A stretch of DNA of 64,000 bases from Clostridia bacterium (GTDB lineage Bacteria; Bacillota; Clostridia; Oscillospirales; CAG-272), in the NCBI GenBank assembly GCA_017462545.1, contig JAFTQX010000001.1, forward strand, positions 2,380 to 66,379, given 5' to 3'. How positions within the stretch are numbered: the first letter of the stretch is position 1; every line of letters starts with the position of its first letter. Shown here piece after piece: positions 63,052 to 64,000 of the stretch. Both the position numbers and the translations under genes were made by a program. Under the pieces are notes generated by a model that worked only from the letters and a program-made list of their open reading frames with translations, ran no database searches and was not told where the DNA came from.

Positions 63052-63128
63052 TAAAAAACGGAAGACGCAAAGGCTCGTATTCTTAAGGACAGTTTTTAAG
63101 TTCAACATAATATAGTACCTACCGACAG

Positions 63129-63172
63129 GAAAAGGACGAAGGGTTGTAGAAACTCCTCGTCCTCTTTTCTTT
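63129..63172 (+). terminator. Candidate terminator of comM
   Basis: Imperfect hairpin GAAAAGGACGAAGG ... CCTCGTCCTCTTTTC with a T-run. Confidence 0.45.
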
Positions 63173-63225
63173 GCAACTACTGACTAATTAAAGACACCAA
63201 AGTTTTGTCAAAATCTCAAGTTTTA

Positions 63226-63254
63226 TTGACAAGTCGGCAAAAATGTGGTAAAAT
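63226..63254 (+). promoter_or_regulatory. Promoter in the AT-rich segment after comM
   Basis: TTGACA 63226-63231, 17-nt spacer, extended -10 TGgTAAAAT (63246-63254). Confidence 0.6.
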
Positions 63255-63260
63255 ATACAC

Positions 63261-63361
63261 GCTACACAAATTGCATATTTTTAACCGTTGAAGGGAAAAT
63301 ACTTGGTAAAAAGTGTTTTCTCTCTTTCCTCATACCTTCAACGGTCGAGCATTTGTGTAGC
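63261..63361 (+). ncRNA. 101-nt three-tier stem-loop starting at the predicted TSS (structured leader or small RNA)
   Basis: Stem 1: 63261-63271/63351-63361 (11 bp). Stem 2: 63284-63294/63335-63345 (11 bp). Stem 3: 63295-63302/63313-63320 (8 bp, one G-U). Confidence 0.35.
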
Positions 63362-63434
63362 AACAATGAGAGGGATGCATTTTTTCGGTGCGTTCCTTTT
63401 GGGGCGCACTTTTTTATATGCTGAGGGGGAATAT

Positions 63435-63608
63435 ATGAACAATAATGATATACCAAGAAAGATAATAGATGTTACCGGCGTAGAACTTACGCCCGGAGAG
63501 CCTGCCGTTTGTCTTGGCAACGGAGAGCAAGGCTGTGAATGCTGTTGTGATGAATGCGACTACTTCTTGCTTTGTTTCCCCGAATTTGATCCAAGCAAAA
63601 AGAATTAA
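63435..63608 (+). CDS. 57-aa Cys-rich hypothetical protein (MNNNDIPRKIIDVTGVELTPGEPAVCLGNGEQGCECCCDECDYFLLCFPEFDPSKKN)
   Basis: Start moved to ATG 63435 (SD GAGGGGGA 4 nt upstream). Lies in the low-GC segment. Confidence 0.55.
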   Translation: MNNNDIPRKIIDVTGVELTPGEPAVCLGNGEQGCECCCDECDYFLLCFPEFDPSKKN

Positions 63609-63800
63609 CAAAACAAAAATTCCACGCACCCTACTATGAAAAAAGCAACGCAAAGTCACTTTTGACATCTGCATATCAAAAGTCTATATGTTTACCTTCC
63701 GAGAGGTAGAAAAAAGCCTCCCTTTACACAAGGGAGCCTTTTTTGGTTCGCCTATGCCTCGTCAATTTTCCTGACAAGCACTGCATTTGTGTCCACAAAT

Positions 63801-63838
63801 GCAAAATACGGCATACCTCTTTCGAGATATGCCGTATT
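63801..63838 (-). terminator. Terminator of the minus-strand gene entering from the right edge
   Basis: AATACGGCATA ... TATGCCGTATT (11-bp stem) followed by TTTT on the minus strand. Confidence 0.55.
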
Positions 63839-63890
63839 CTTGTAAAACTGTCCTTTAGAGTGACGCTCTAATGCGTCTTCCGGTTTTTTA

Positions 63891-64000
63891 TTATCCAATT
63901 TTATGGGGCGTTGCGTAGGTCGTATAGCCGCGCCAAGAGAACATATCGTCAAAGCGGCCGGCATCATCCGGCTTGCCGTCAATACGCAGGCGGGTGGCCT
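63891..64000 (-). CDS. 3' end of an unidentified CDS entering from downstream (...LRIDGKPDDAGRFDDMFSWRGYTTYATPHKIG*)
   Basis: Open to the window edge, with TAA at 63893-63891. Not listed in the ORF track because it is partial. Confidence 0.35.
   Translation of the reverse strand, partial: ATRLRIDGKPDDAGRFDDMFSWRGYTTYATPHKIG

Noticed and set aside
63752-63982. 76-aa minus-strand ORF from the track.
   Set aside because: It overlaps the real partial CDS (63891-64000) in another frame and runs through that gene's 3' flank and terminator hairpin. It has no SD.

Overview
GC-rich (high-50s % by eye) chromosomal segment from a Gram-positive, spore-former-type Clostridia genome. This is supported by sigG, cwlD, ylmH, maf and GGAGG-type SDs; Oscillospiraceae/Ruminococcaceae-like is only a guess. 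It holds about 50 credible protein genes and 2 tRNAs (Val-GAC, Met/Ile2-CAT). I saw no rRNA, CRISPR array, transposase or integrase. Housekeeping blocks are pgk-tpiA, rsmG-U32 peptidase-maf-nth, greA, alaS, comM/yifB, alaX, a Fur-family regulator with a metal exporter, and an SsuABC-like importer. These are interleaved with accessory glycan-processing genes: GH28-like, GH35, GH43, a SASA-type esterase, two beta-lactamase-fold hydrolases, an MFS transporter and a Gfo/Idh/MocA pair with AraC. The stand-out content is two paralogous ~2030-aa secreted multi-repeat esterases (9816-15899 and 34027-40137). Each is followed immediately by a 38-codon micro-ORF that is missing from the ORF track, has its own SD, and sits at the same -1 frame offset. 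The last 22 residues of the two peptides are identical although their codons differ at 10 synonymous sites. Other points: (1) pgk carries two in-frame TAG codons although TAG is a normal stop here. (2) Long palindromic elements always sit at gene 3' ends and supply the stop codon of two genes. (3) A DnaA-box-like motif array lies upstream of giant gene 2. (4) The ~950 bp after comM are AT-rich, with a structured leader and a small Cys-rich ORF. Most long antisense ORFs in the track are GC-bias artefacts. All family assignments come from motifs read by eye; no searches were run.
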